Shown piece by piece: positions 57,044 to 57,100 of a DNA stretch of 57,100 nucleotides. Where the stretch lies: positions 1 through 57,100 of the forward strand of contig CAZDAM010000007.1 in the NCBI GenBank assembly GCA_964503595.1. The letters are read 5' to 3'. The number at the start of each line of letters is the position of its first letter. Position 1 is the stretch's first letter. The DNA comes from an uncultured bacterium. Its GTDB lineage: Bacteria; Muiribacteriota; UBA6191. The position numbers and the translations under genes were made by a program. The notes under the pieces were generated by a model. That model made no database searches, was not told the DNA's origin, and saw nothing but the letters and a program-made list of their open reading frames with translations.

Positions 57044-57100
57044 CAATCTCTTCGATGAACGGCAAGGGATTCGGAGGCGGCTAAGTCCCAATGAGGAAGT

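Noticed and set aside
57044-57100. RNase P RNA (rnpB) 5' end
   Set aside because: GAGGAAGT lacks one A of the conserved GAGGAAAGUCC and the sequence is truncated; not supportable.

Overview
Bacterial chromosomal window (GC roughly 50% by eye) spanning the replication origin of a lineage I cannot place. The co-oriented core block reads, on the minus strand: mnmG-like, mnmG, hypothetical, parA, parB, oriC, dnaA, remB-like, gyrB, gyrA, ftsB-like. oriC shows DnaA boxes, a DnaA-trio-like unwinding element, a GATC cluster and a parS site. Left accessory region: a 5'-truncated giant Calx-beta repeat protein with its type I secretion ABC and membrane-fusion genes, an SbtA-like transporter, a light/UV-repair cluster beside tRNA-Ser(CGA), an S8-CUB protease, a DASS transporter/cNMP-kinase/response regulator operon with a decayed Hpt gene, and a P-loop ATPase. 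Right region: a surface-protein operon, an Ig-like lipoprotein, mutY, a tandem cNMP-domain protein, a giant HEAT/TPR protein, MFS, tcdA, tatD, a secreted protein with hydrophobic helices, DUF2059 and an MRJP-family protein. Top candidates for an undescribed system: (1) a non-cellulosomal cohesin-dockerin pair that may anchor a matrixin-type metalloprotease to a lipoprotein, encoded with an OB-fold partner; (2) two translationally coupled, reciprocally diverged mnmG paralogs; (3) an apparently split, domain-inverted short photolyase. All family calls come from motif recognition by eye; no database searches were run. No CRISPR array, rRNA, transposase or integrase was seen.
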